Both the position numbers and the translations under genes were made by a program. Shown here piece after piece: positions 10,200-18,531 of a DNA stretch of 64,000 nt. Under the pieces are notes generated by a model. The model saw nothing but the letters and a program-made list of their open reading frames with translations. It was not told the origin of the DNA and ran no database searches. Every line of letters begins with the position of its first letter. Position 1 is the stretch's first letter. Source of the stretch: an uncultured virus (IMG/VR IMGVR_UViG_2541047343_000006) (taxonomy: Duplodnaviria; Heunggongvirae; Uroviricota; Caudoviricetes); the IMG/VR virus record IMGVR_UViG_2541047343_000006, positions 62,001 through 126,000 of that record; one strand, 5' to 3'.

Positions 10200-10397
10200 T
10201 TATAGTTTTATTTCTAATAACTCTGATGGCTCTATATCTAATACAAAACAAATCTTTTCAAATTCGCTAATTGTAAAATCTCTATGTCCATTTTCTTTTT
10301 TAGAGTAGGTTTTAAAAGTTATCCCTATCGCTGTACTTAATTGCTGTTGTGTGAATTTCTTTTCTACTCTTAATTCTTTAAGTCTAGCTAAATTCAT
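10200..10397 (-). CDS. Small XRE/Cro HTH protein
   Basis: LKELRVEKKFTQQQLS...YSKKENGHRDFT; start MNLARL after AGGAGG. Confidence 0.85.
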   Translation of the reverse strand: MNLARLKELRVEKKFTQQQLSTAIGITFKTYSKKENGHRDFTISEFEKICFVLDIEPSELLEIKL

Positions 10398-10465
10398 ACC
10401 ACACCTCCTAATAGATATTATTATAGAATAATAATACCATATCAGAAAGTTATATAAAAGGCATC

Positions 10466-10507
10466 TCAATCATATTTTCCTAGGTTAGTTATGTATATAT
10501 TTAGCAT
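10466..10507 (-). pseudogene. Duplicated ardA 5' remnant
   Basis: RBS plus MLNIYITNLGKYD*, nearly identical to the ardA start at 10042. Confidence 0.7.
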
Positions 10508-10574
10508 TTTTATATCCTCCCTTTTTACCAACTCGTTACTAGTCATTTTGTAAAAAATTTTATTTTATGATTTA

Positions 10575-10603
10575 ATTATAATCGACTCGTCACGAGTTGT
10601 CAA
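10575..10603 (-). promoter_or_regulatory. Consensus sigma-A promoter with an internal palindromic operator
   Basis: TTGACA-17-TATAAT enclosing ACTCGTGACGAGT. Confidence 0.75.
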
Positions 10604-10627
10604 GTATTTTTTTGAGTAGATTTTTAT

Positions 10628-10816
10628 CTACTCATCTATTTTTTCTATTACTATTTTATTACCATCAAAAGTCAACAAAACTTCCCTGTCTAGTTTAGTT
10701 ATGTCCATATGTTTTATCCATGTAGTTGGAATTGTAACCCTATTCGTATATGATTCTCCCCTAGAATTACCAGCTCCTTTATTGAATATTACTTTTGCTT
10801 TTCTCTGCTCATACAT
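10628..10816 (-). CDS. AbrB/SpoVT-like small DNA-binding protein
   Basis: RKAKVIFNK...TNRVTIPTTWIKHMDI...VLLTFDGNKIVIEK. Confidence 0.7.
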   Translation of the reverse strand: MYEQRKAKVIFNKGAGNSRGESYTNRVTIPTTWIKHMDITKLDREVLLTFDGNKIVIEKIDE

Positions 10817-10909
10817 TCGTTATACCTCCAATGATATTATTGTTTAATAATATCATACTAAGAGCTTGTAGAAAAGACACTCAATACTCAAGTGTCTTTT
10901 TATGTACTA

Positions 10910-11143
10910 CTATTTAATTGATTTTGCTGTTTCATTTTGCACTATATCAAGCTTAGTATACAATGAGGTTTGACCATTTTCTAGGTCTTCAATTCTAAAA
11001 TCAATACGACTAAAACATTCTAAAAGTCCCTCAACATTAGATTTTATTTTATCTTGTGTATAATCAAATTCGTCAAGCTTGTCATTTAAAATTTTAATAC
11101 TTTCCTGTATTTCTCGTAGCAATTCTAATGTTTTCTCATCCAT
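10910..11143 (-). CDS. Coiled-coil protein (MDEK.LELL family)
   Basis: Heptad pattern; one of four paralogs. Confidence 0.7.
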   Translation of the reverse strand: MDEKTLELLREIQESIKILNDKLDEFDYTQDKIKSNVEGLLECFSRIDFRIEDLENGQTSLYTKLDIVQNETAKSIK

Positions 11144-11154
11144 TTTATCTACTC

Positions 11155-11466
11155 CTATTTAATTGATTTTAACTTTGCTATTTCATTCCAATTTTTAGAT
11201 GTAGCTATTTCTACAAAGTTCATGTCATTTTTTAAAGTGTCTATTTTTTCTCCAACTTCTGTTATGCCTTCCATATTTCTAGCAACTTGATTATAAGTTA
11301 AGTCTAGTTTCTTTTTAATTTCTTCTTGACCTTCTTTTAAATCACTAAGTTGGTTTTCAATCCCATCAAAACGACCATCCATACTATCTAGTCTATTTTC
11401 GATTCTGTCAAATCTAGTATCCATTTTTTGTAATAATTCTAATATTTTTTCATCCATGCCGTTCAC
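11155..11466 (-). CDS. Coiled-coil protein (MDEK.LELL family)
   Basis: RFD..E.RLD heptads; C-terminal NW.EIAKLKSIK. Confidence 0.75.
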   Translation of the reverse strand: MNGMDEKILELLQKMDTRFDRIENRLDSMDGRFDGIENQLSDLKEGQEEIKKKLDLTYNQVARNMEGITEVGEKIDTLKNDMNFVEIATSKNWNEIAKLKSIK

Positions 11467-11905
11467 ACTCCTATTTTATTATTATATCATAATTTAAGTG
11501 TTGTATTCTAACACTTACTAAAATAATCTAATAAATAGTTTAAATTATACTAGTAAATATTAGATAGTTTATAACCATGTAGGTGTCAAGCAGTACAAAC
11601 TATAATTTTAATGCTCAATCTTTAGTACTTTTTATAACGCAGTACCTCACAACTGCTATGTCATATTAAATTGTATTGAGTTCCATTATAGAAGCAACTA
11701 AGTTGATACCTCAATTTTTTATAGGCTTTAATTGGAAACCTTTATTAATTTTATTTACTTATTTACTTAGTGTTGGGAACACCTCACCAACTGGTATGAC
11801 TAATTCATTTTTGTAGTTAAAAAATGAAGAAAAAACTATGTGTAATATTTGTGTTGTGTGCCTTTCACCATTCACACCATTTAAAAGGTCAACTTAAAGG
11901 TAATA

Positions 11906-11959
11906 ATTTTTTAATAGTAGTTTAATATTTTTTAATAGTAGTTTAATATTTTTTAATAG
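11906..11959. repeat. 21-bp tandem repeat, about 2.5 copies
   Basis: Unit TTTTTTAATAGTAGTTTAATA. Confidence 0.85.
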
Positions 11960-12134
11960 AATCCTTTAAGATATTAGCTTTAGAGTTTTAAGAAGGTTCT
12001 TTGCCTGTTACTTCATTGAGAGGTGGCTTAGTGTTTTCTTGTTCTCCCTTGCTATGATTTAATTATACGACATTATCCCATTTTTGACAAGTCATTTTTG
12101 AGATTTATTTTTAAAAAATAATGGAATTAATCGA

Positions 12135-12323
12135 CTAATCAAGTAATTCCAATGGGTTTACGTCTAAAATTTTATATATTTTCTCTAATTCACTTACAGT
12201 AAAATCGGTTTTACCTTGTTCTTTTCTATTATATGTTTTGTAATTTATATCTATTAAAAGAGAGAACTCTAATTGTGTATATCCTTTTTGTTCTCTAAAT
12301 TCTTTTAATTTATCAAGTTTCAA
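12135..12323 (-). CDS. Small XRE/Cro HTH protein
   Basis: LKEFREQKGYTQ...YNRKEQGKTDFT. Confidence 0.85.
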   Translation of the reverse strand: MKLDKLKEFREQKGYTQLEFSLLIDINYKTYNRKEQGKTDFTVSELEKIYKILDVNPLELLD

Positions 12324-12509
12324 TTTTTATTCACTCCTTTTTTATTCTATATGTTATATAATATTTTAATAATAGAGTTTTGTCAAATATGAGATTTACA
12401 TAATGAATAGAGATGAAAGAACAATAAAGCGAGTGTATTAAAACATACTTAGAATAGATTTAAATAGCTTGTATAATATGTTGTTGTAATAAAATAGACT
12501 AGCTACAAA

Positions 12510-12716
12510 CTAGTCTATTTTTCTATGTGGTTCTAATAATTCATTTGCATTTATATCTAAGTAATATAATATTTGTTCTAGTTCTTCAACTGTAAAATCT
12601 CTTTGCCCATTTTCCTTATAAGCATAAGCTCTTATACTCATACCCATTTTAGTACTTAATGTTTGTTGAGTATAACCCTTTTGTTCTCTTAACTCTTTTA
12701 ACTTACTAAGCTTCAT
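12510..12716 (-). CDS. Small XRE/Cro HTH protein
   Basis: LKELREQKGYTQ...YAYKENGQRDFT. Confidence 0.85.
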   Translation of the reverse strand: MKLSKLKELREQKGYTQQTLSTKMGMSIRAYAYKENGQRDFTVEELEQILYYLDINANELLEPHRKID

Positions 12717-12799
12717 TATATCACCTCTTGTAATTTTAATATTGGGTGTGTTACAATATACCTATAATATACTATTTACAGGTATATTGTAGCTTGTTA

Positions 12800-12955
12800 T
12801 TAGTTATTAATCATATCTATTAATATGTATAACAAGCCTATAAATGAGATTAAAGCAAAAAGTATTTGTTCGGCTGATTTAATCATCTGAACTACGAGCT
12901 TTTCAAGTTGGTGGCACAACTCGATTAGCTCTTTTATTTTGTCTTTGGTTATCAT
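12800..12955 (-). CDS. 51-aa small membrane peptide (not in the ORF track)
   Basis: MITKDKIKELIELCHQLEKLVVQMIKSAEQILFALISFIGLLYILIDMINN; GGGGTG RBS. Confidence 0.6.
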   Translation of the reverse strand: MITKDKIKELIELCHQLEKLVVQMIKSAEQILFALISFIGLLYILIDMINN

Positions 12956-13341
12956 TTAAGACACCCCAATATTAAATTATATAAGGTAGTATTATATTAA
13001 GTTCTACCTTAATTATATTATAATGCTACAAGCAACAATGTTCAAGTAAAATTTTACTTATAATTCAAAGCTTTTAAGTTTGAGAATTTCCTTCTAGTTA
13101 TTTATATTCGATTTTAAAAACTAAAGGTACAAACATAAGGCAATCACATTACAATACGCTTAGAATAGATTTAAATAGCTTGTATAATATGTTATATTGT
13201 GTAGAATGTATTATAATATAACCATATCAAAAAAAATCCGACAACCTGCATACTTATATAGATATATATATCAATATGCGAGTCATCGGAAAAATTAAAA
13301 ATATAAAAGTACTTAACAAAATGTCAAGTACTTTTTATGTA

Positions 13342-13719
13342 TTATTGTAATTTTATTTTTATTTCTTCTAATTGTTCCATATTTCTAGCGACTTGGTCGG
13401 TTGCTCCATTTAGCTTTCTATTAATCTTAATTACTCTAGTTTCTATTGCATTTAACTTAATGTCAACCACATCAAAGTTATCTTTAATAGAAGTCATTTC
13501 CTCTGCTGTTGAAATAGATTGATTATATAGTATATCTTGTTTCTTTTCAATACTGTCAAGCCTATTTTCTATACTATCAAATCGCTTGTCCATGTTATCA
13601 AGTCTGTTGTTAGTTTCAACCTGTCCAATTTTTAAATCATTGATGTCCTGTTTCATTTCAGTAATATTACTATCCATTTTCTGTAATAATTCTAATATCT
13701 TTTCATCCATTAATACCAC
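13342..13719 (-). CDS. Coiled-coil protein (MDEK.LELL family)
   Basis: Heptads; paralog of 11155..11466. Confidence 0.75.
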   Translation of the reverse strand: MVLMDEKILELLQKMDSNITEMKQDINDLKIGQVETNNRLDNMDKRFDSIENRLDSIEKKQDILYNQSISTAEEMTSIKDNFDVVDIKLNAIETRVIKINRKLNGATDQVARNMEQLEEIKIKLQ

Positions 13720-13723
13720 ACTC

Positions 13724-14047
13724 CTACTTAATTGATTTAAGCTTTGCTATGTCTGTCCAATTACTAGATGTAACTATCTCAACTTTGTTTAAATCCTTTT
13801 TAATATCTGTTGTATCCTCTACCAATTTAGAAGTATGTTTAATTACTGCATCTAATGTGTTTCTATTAACCTTAACATCTGACTTAATTTCTGTAATGTC
13901 TTGTTTCATATCTGTAATGTCATTTTGCATTTTGTTAAGTCTGTTATCCACATCATTAAATCTAACGTCTATATCCTTTTTCATTTCTGTAATACTGCTT
14001 TGCATCTCTTGTAATAACTCTAGTATCTTTTCATGCATCACGACCAC
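13724..14047 (-). CDS. Coiled-coil protein (MDEK.LELL family)
   Basis: C-terminal NWTDIAKLKSIK shared with 11155..11466. Confidence 0.75.
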   Translation of the reverse strand: MVVMHEKILELLQEMQSSITEMKKDIDVRFNDVDNRLNKMQNDITDMKQDITEIKSDVKVNRNTLDAVIKHTSKLVEDTTDIKKDLNKVEIVTSSNWTDIAKLKSIK

Positions 14048-14599
14048 GCTCCTTTTATTATTATAACATAATAGTTAATGTTATATACAGCTAATTGTCG
14101 TATTCTAATCAACTTGTGTCATTATAAGTTTTCATTTGTCACACTTCCTTTTGATTTTATTTAATTGATGATTTAATAATACATTACTTTCCAATTTTTG
14201 TCAACACATTCTATTATATTTATATATTTTATTTAGTTATTGTTCTTATAAAAATATTGCTTGACATGTTGATATTACTTGTTTATGAGTACATAATTGT
14301 GTGAATTATTTTTTATATCTACTATAGTATGTAAATTTAATTGATAATTAAGAAATGTAGTGATTATGTGATAGTAATGTAGTGATAATATTAAGCTAAT
14401 AATGTGCTGATAATATTAAACTAGTAATGTAAGAGTTCTATTTCTATAAACTTTTTTATTTAATAATGAACACAAAAAAATAATAACTCATGCTATCATC
14501 TTTAAAATAACATAAATTATTATTTCTAATAAAAAGTAAGATTTAGTACCTTTTTATTCGTTTTTAACAAAGTAATTTCTTTTCTTAACATACATTAAT

Positions 14600-14631
14600 A
14601 ACGTCGCATAATAAGATGATTATACGACGTT
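14600..14631. other. Candidate site-specific recombination (dif/lox-like) site
   Basis: AACGTCGCATAAT-AAGATG-ATTATACGACGTT: 13-bp inverted arms with 1 mismatch around an asymmetric spacer. Confidence 0.5.
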
Positions 14632-15528
14632 GACCCTAAAAATAAAGAAAAGGGGGCTATTTTTAGACTTTAGTATCAAATGATATTCATTATCATTTTG
14701 TAGTCCTTTTTCTTCTACATCCCAAATTCCATTCAGCCCTTAAAATAAACATTTATACAAAATTACACCACTAATTCAAATTTTTAAACATACACTCATG
14801 AACAATTTCAAACCGTCTCCGAGTATTATAAAACAGTGTTAATTCAATACTTATTTTTCATTAATCATGATAAAAAAATAGCCCCATCTATGTTTTGAAC
14901 CTATGTTATAATGCTAAAGCATGAACATGGGGTGTATGTTTTATTTTAATTCATATGAACTATATAAAATATATATTATATCCTATAAATCAACTATAAT
15001 TGTTATAAAATAATTTTAAATAGTGTATGTTTTAAATTTGAACATCTCAAAATCCTATAGACAAAATTTTAATTCTATCAAGTTATCATTTTTTACTTAA
15101 AATTCAATACAATTCAAACAAAATATACTTCATGCAATTTATTCAAGATTAAAACATATAAATATGTCTATTTTATAGAAAAATATATAGTAATTTATAT
15201 AATTTTTCATATCAATTTTCGTAGACACTATACTCCAGAAAATCAATCTAAAATGATAAGTTTTATAAAATAATTTTCAAACTTAAGTAGTGTATGTATG
15301 GTTTTTATAAAAATTATTAATATTTAATATGCAATTGCATATAAATTATATTAAAATTTATAATTAAATGTAAAACAAATTGTAATATAACTTTCTTTAC
15401 GATTGTAGTATATGTTGTATTACAATTATAGTTTAATAGTATATATAATTTATATTAAATTTGCATTGTAATTATATACCAATTGAAATATAATTAAACT
15501 AAATGAGCTATAAAAGGAGGGGATTTTT

Positions 15529-15762
15529 ATAAAAAAGGATACTTATAATTTACAGATACCTATTCCAATAGAATTAGCTGATAAATTAAAATCACTAGCT
15601 GAAAAGGATGAAAGAAGTTTAAGATTGTATTGTAAAAGAGTACTACAATTACATGCAGATGAAATTTATAATAATAATAATGATATTGACGAAGCTAATA
15701 CTAATAATCAAAATGAAACAGCTAAAAAAAGAAAAGTAGGAGCTTTAAAACCACAAAAATAA
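15529..15762 (+). CDS. Ribbon-helix-helix protein, putative ParR adaptor (non-canonical ATA start)
   Basis: KKDTYNLQIPIPIELADKLKSLAEKDERSLRLYCKRVL; AGGAGG at 15515-15520; in-frame TAA just upstream. Confidence 0.7.
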   Translation: MKKDTYNLQIPIPIELADKLKSLAEKDERSLRLYCKRVLQLHADEIYNNNNDIDEANTNNQNETAKKRKVGALKPQK

Positions 15763-15779
15763 TTTAGGGGGATTTACTT

Positions 15780-16724
15780 ATGAAAAAAGAAAAAGTAAAA
15801 GTTGCAGTAGACTTAGGTAATAGTATGCTTAATTCAGCAGCATATATTGAAAAAGAATTAATTTTAAAAAAGTTACCAAATAAACTTCAATTTGAAAAAA
15901 CAATATCACCAAAAGCACGTGTTATGAAAAAAGATGGTAAGGTAATCTACCTAGGTGTAGGAGATTTAAATAATAATGTTCTTAAACATACTAGAAAAAA
16001 TTTATTAGAACAAGTTTTAGTCATGATTCATGAAATATTTCCTGATGAGGATAATCTTTCTGTGGAATTGATAACCGGATTACCACCAACTCAAATGTTT
16101 AATGAAAAATATTTGAAATTATTTCAAGATATTTTTATTCAACCTGGAGAAATAAAAATTACTATTGATGGGAAACAAAAGACTTTTGAAATACTTAATG
16201 TTGATGTTAAAGCAGAAGGATATTCAGGATTTATTTCACTTGTAGACAAGATTACTACTAAACAGAATATTCTAGGAATAGATGTTGGAGGCAGTACTAC
16301 AGATTTATGTAATTATGAATATGATTATGAGGATGATATGTACTATCCTAATGTAACAGACACTATAGAAAAAGGAATCATAGACTTTGAAACAGCAATA
16401 GCAAATAAATTTAATAGTAAAAATGGTGCAGATATAAAAATAAGTCAAATAGATGTAATATTAAGAAACGATATTGATGTTATAGAGTATGAGGGTTCTA
16501 AATACAAATTAGATGATTATATTGATGCCATGTACCCTATTATTGATGATATGATTAATAAAATCACTAATAAATTTGGTCAGCTAGATGGATATTATGT
16601 TGTTGGTATTGGAGGGGGCTATAAAACATTTAATAAATATGCTAATCAATTTATAAGTAAACAACTAGAAGTCGATGATGATTCTCGTTTCTATGCAAAT
16701 GTAATTGGATACCTTGAACAATAA
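15780..16724 (+). CDS. parM: ParM/StbA actin-like partition ATPase
   Basis: VAVDLGNS, ITGLP, AEG, GIDVGGSTTD, GIGGG and ANVIGY actin-fold motifs. Confidence 0.9.
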   Translation: MKKEKVKVAVDLGNSMLNSAAYIEKELILKKLPNKLQFEKTISPKARVMKKDGKVIYLGVGDLNNNVLKHTRKNLLEQVLVMIHEIFPDEDNLSVELITGLPPTQMFNEKYLKLFQDIFIQPGEIKITIDGKQKTFEILNVDVKAEGYSGFISLVDKITTKQNILGIDVGGSTTDLCNYEYDYEDDMYYPNVTDTIEKGIIDFETAIANKFNSKNGADIKISQIDVILRNDIDVIEYEGSKYKLDDYIDAMYPIIDDMINKITNKFGQLDGYYVVGIGGGYKTFNKYANQFISKQLEVDDDSRFYANVIGYLEQ

Positions 16725-16822
16725 TACTAAAAATATTTAATGAGAGCCATTTTAAGACAGTTCCATGCTCGTCCATGATAATTAATTCATATTCAGAAAT
16801 AAAATCGCTTAGAATAGATTTT

Positions 16823-16850
16823 AAAGGTCACTAAATTAGTGACCTTTTTA
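16823..16850. terminator. Bidirectional terminator
   Basis: AAAGGTCACTAAATTAGTGACCTTTTT between convergent genes. Confidence 0.7.
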
Positions 16851-17477
16851 TTATTTCTTTTGTTGTTTTTTTATTATCTCTCTCATCTTACTCGCACCTG
16901 ATGCAATTTCTTTTTCAGACATAGAATATATTTCTAATTCAGTAAATCCATTTTCTTTTAGTACTTGTATATCTTTTTCTTTTTGTGTTATAATATTATT
17001 ATCATTAATTGAATTTAAAGTTTTTCGTTTCGAGTCATCTGTTGAAGCTGCTACTTCATCAGGTGACTTTTTACTTTTCTTCTTTTCCCTTTTCGTCTTC
17101 ATGTAACTCTCTGCATTTTCTCGAATTTTTGACTTAGACATTGCAATTTCATACACGTTATTTCCATATAAATTATTTTCATTTTGGATTCTATAAACCT
17201 TAATAAATCCATTTTCCTTTAAGACCTCAACATATTTTATAAAAGCATTTTTACTTATGTTCAACTCTCCATAGATTGTTTCCATTCTTGGATGACAGTA
17301 TTTTTTATTACCTGCGAAACTAGCCAGATAAGCGTAAATAGCTTTTGAGTAAATAGGTATGTCTTTATTTCTCATAAGAAATTTTGGAGATATACCATAA
17401 CCATCCGAAAGAATACTATCTTCCTCTAGTCTAACATCTAAAACCTCACCATCTTTAATTTTTATTATATTATTCAT
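16851..17477 (-). CDS. Winged-HTH replication initiator-like protein
   Basis: GYGISPK.LMR...SKAIYAYLASFAG...P..ETI..ELNIS....KY...L.E.GFI; lies next to iterons. Confidence 0.7.
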   Translation of the reverse strand: MNNIIKIKDGEVLDVRLEEDSILSDGYGISPKFLMRNKDIPIYSKAIYAYLASFAGNKKYCHPRMETIYGELNISKNAFIKYVEVLKENGFIKVYRIQNENNLYGNNVYEIAMSKSKIRENAESYMKTKREKKKSKKSPDEVAASTDDSKRKTLNSINDNNIITQKEKDIQVLKENGFTELEIYSMSEKEIASGASKMREIIKKQQKK

Positions 17478-17486
17478 AAGTTACTC

Positions 17487-17726
17487 CTAGTGCAATTTGT
17501 ATTCATATACAAATATTCCATTTTCAAATTTTTTATTAACTTCAAGATAGCCCTTGTCTTTCAATTCGTTCCATGCCATTCTAAACGAATATGCTCCCAA
17601 ATCTAAATAGTCCATCAAAAATTGTTTAGAGAAGTAAGGTTCGTTTTTAAATGCTGAGATAGTTCCATAAAGACCTTTAGCTTTTAAGCTAATACTTTTA
17701 CTTTTGAATATATCTTCTTTTACCAT
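17487..17726 (-). CDS. Small wHTH replication-associated protein
   Basis: ISLKAKGLY...AWNELKDKGYL. Confidence 0.65.
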   Translation of the reverse strand: MVKEDIFKSKSISLKAKGLYGTISAFKNEPYFSKQFLMDYLDLGAYSFRMAWNELKDKGYLEVNKKFENGIFVYEYKLH

Positions 17727-17865
17727 AGTCTAATTTTTACACCCTCCTATTTTTTTATTTTAAACTTATTATAATTTATAATTCCCATTTTTTCAAGGTA
17801 ATTTTTCCCTTTACATAAACAAATAAATACAAAAACAAATATATTAAAGACTGTTTATATTAATA

Positions 17866-18125
17866 TACCATCTCATGGTACGCCCATAGCATGGGATATC
17901 GAAAAATTCGATGTACCACGAGATGGTATATCGAAAGAATCGCTATATTTCAACGTTTTTTCGATTTTTGCCTCGATATACCACGAGATGGTACATCGAA
18001 AAATTAAAATATCTGAAATAATTTAAAAATTATATAGTTATGCACAGATAAAAATGCAAATTGTTAATAAAATTGCAACTTATCAACATGTTATCAACAA
18101 CTTACTAACAGCTTATCAACAGGGA
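17866..18125. other. Putative replication origin (iterons and DnaA boxes)
   Basis: Two copies of CGATRTACCACGAGATGGTAYATCGAAA plus an inverted partial copy; TTATGCACA at 18038; TTATCAACA at 18080, 18091 and 18113. Confidence 0.7.
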
Positions 18126-18336
18126 ATAAAACTGAATAAAATACTAAATTGACAAAAATAATATAAAATGTTAATATATAATTATAGATAAAATTAAGAT
18201 AAAATATTAAATTAATAGGAGGAAATTTATATATGAAAAATATTTAACAACTAAATAAAATCAAAAAAACAAAATTGAAATGGAGGTTAAAATATGAAGA
18301 AAAGTAAAGAATACAAAAAGATGAAAGGACTAGAAG

Positions 18337-18531
18337 ATGGTAAACAAAAATATAAAAATATTAAGAGAGGATTATAGTGAATTTTTAGATGACTGGAATA
18401 TAATTGGAAAAAGAAATATATATAAATGTCCAGAATGTCAATATCATGGGAATAAATGTGACAGACATAATAATAGTGAGGGGGTAAGCTATGGCTTTGA
18501 TAAGTGGCAATTTCAAAGGGAAAATAGATAA
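18337..18531 (+). CDS. Small Cys-rich hypothetical protein
   Basis: CPECQYH..KC. Confidence 0.45.
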   Translation: MVNKNIKILREDYSEFLDDWNIIGKRNIYKCPECQYHGNKCDRHNNSEGVSYGFDKWQFQRENR

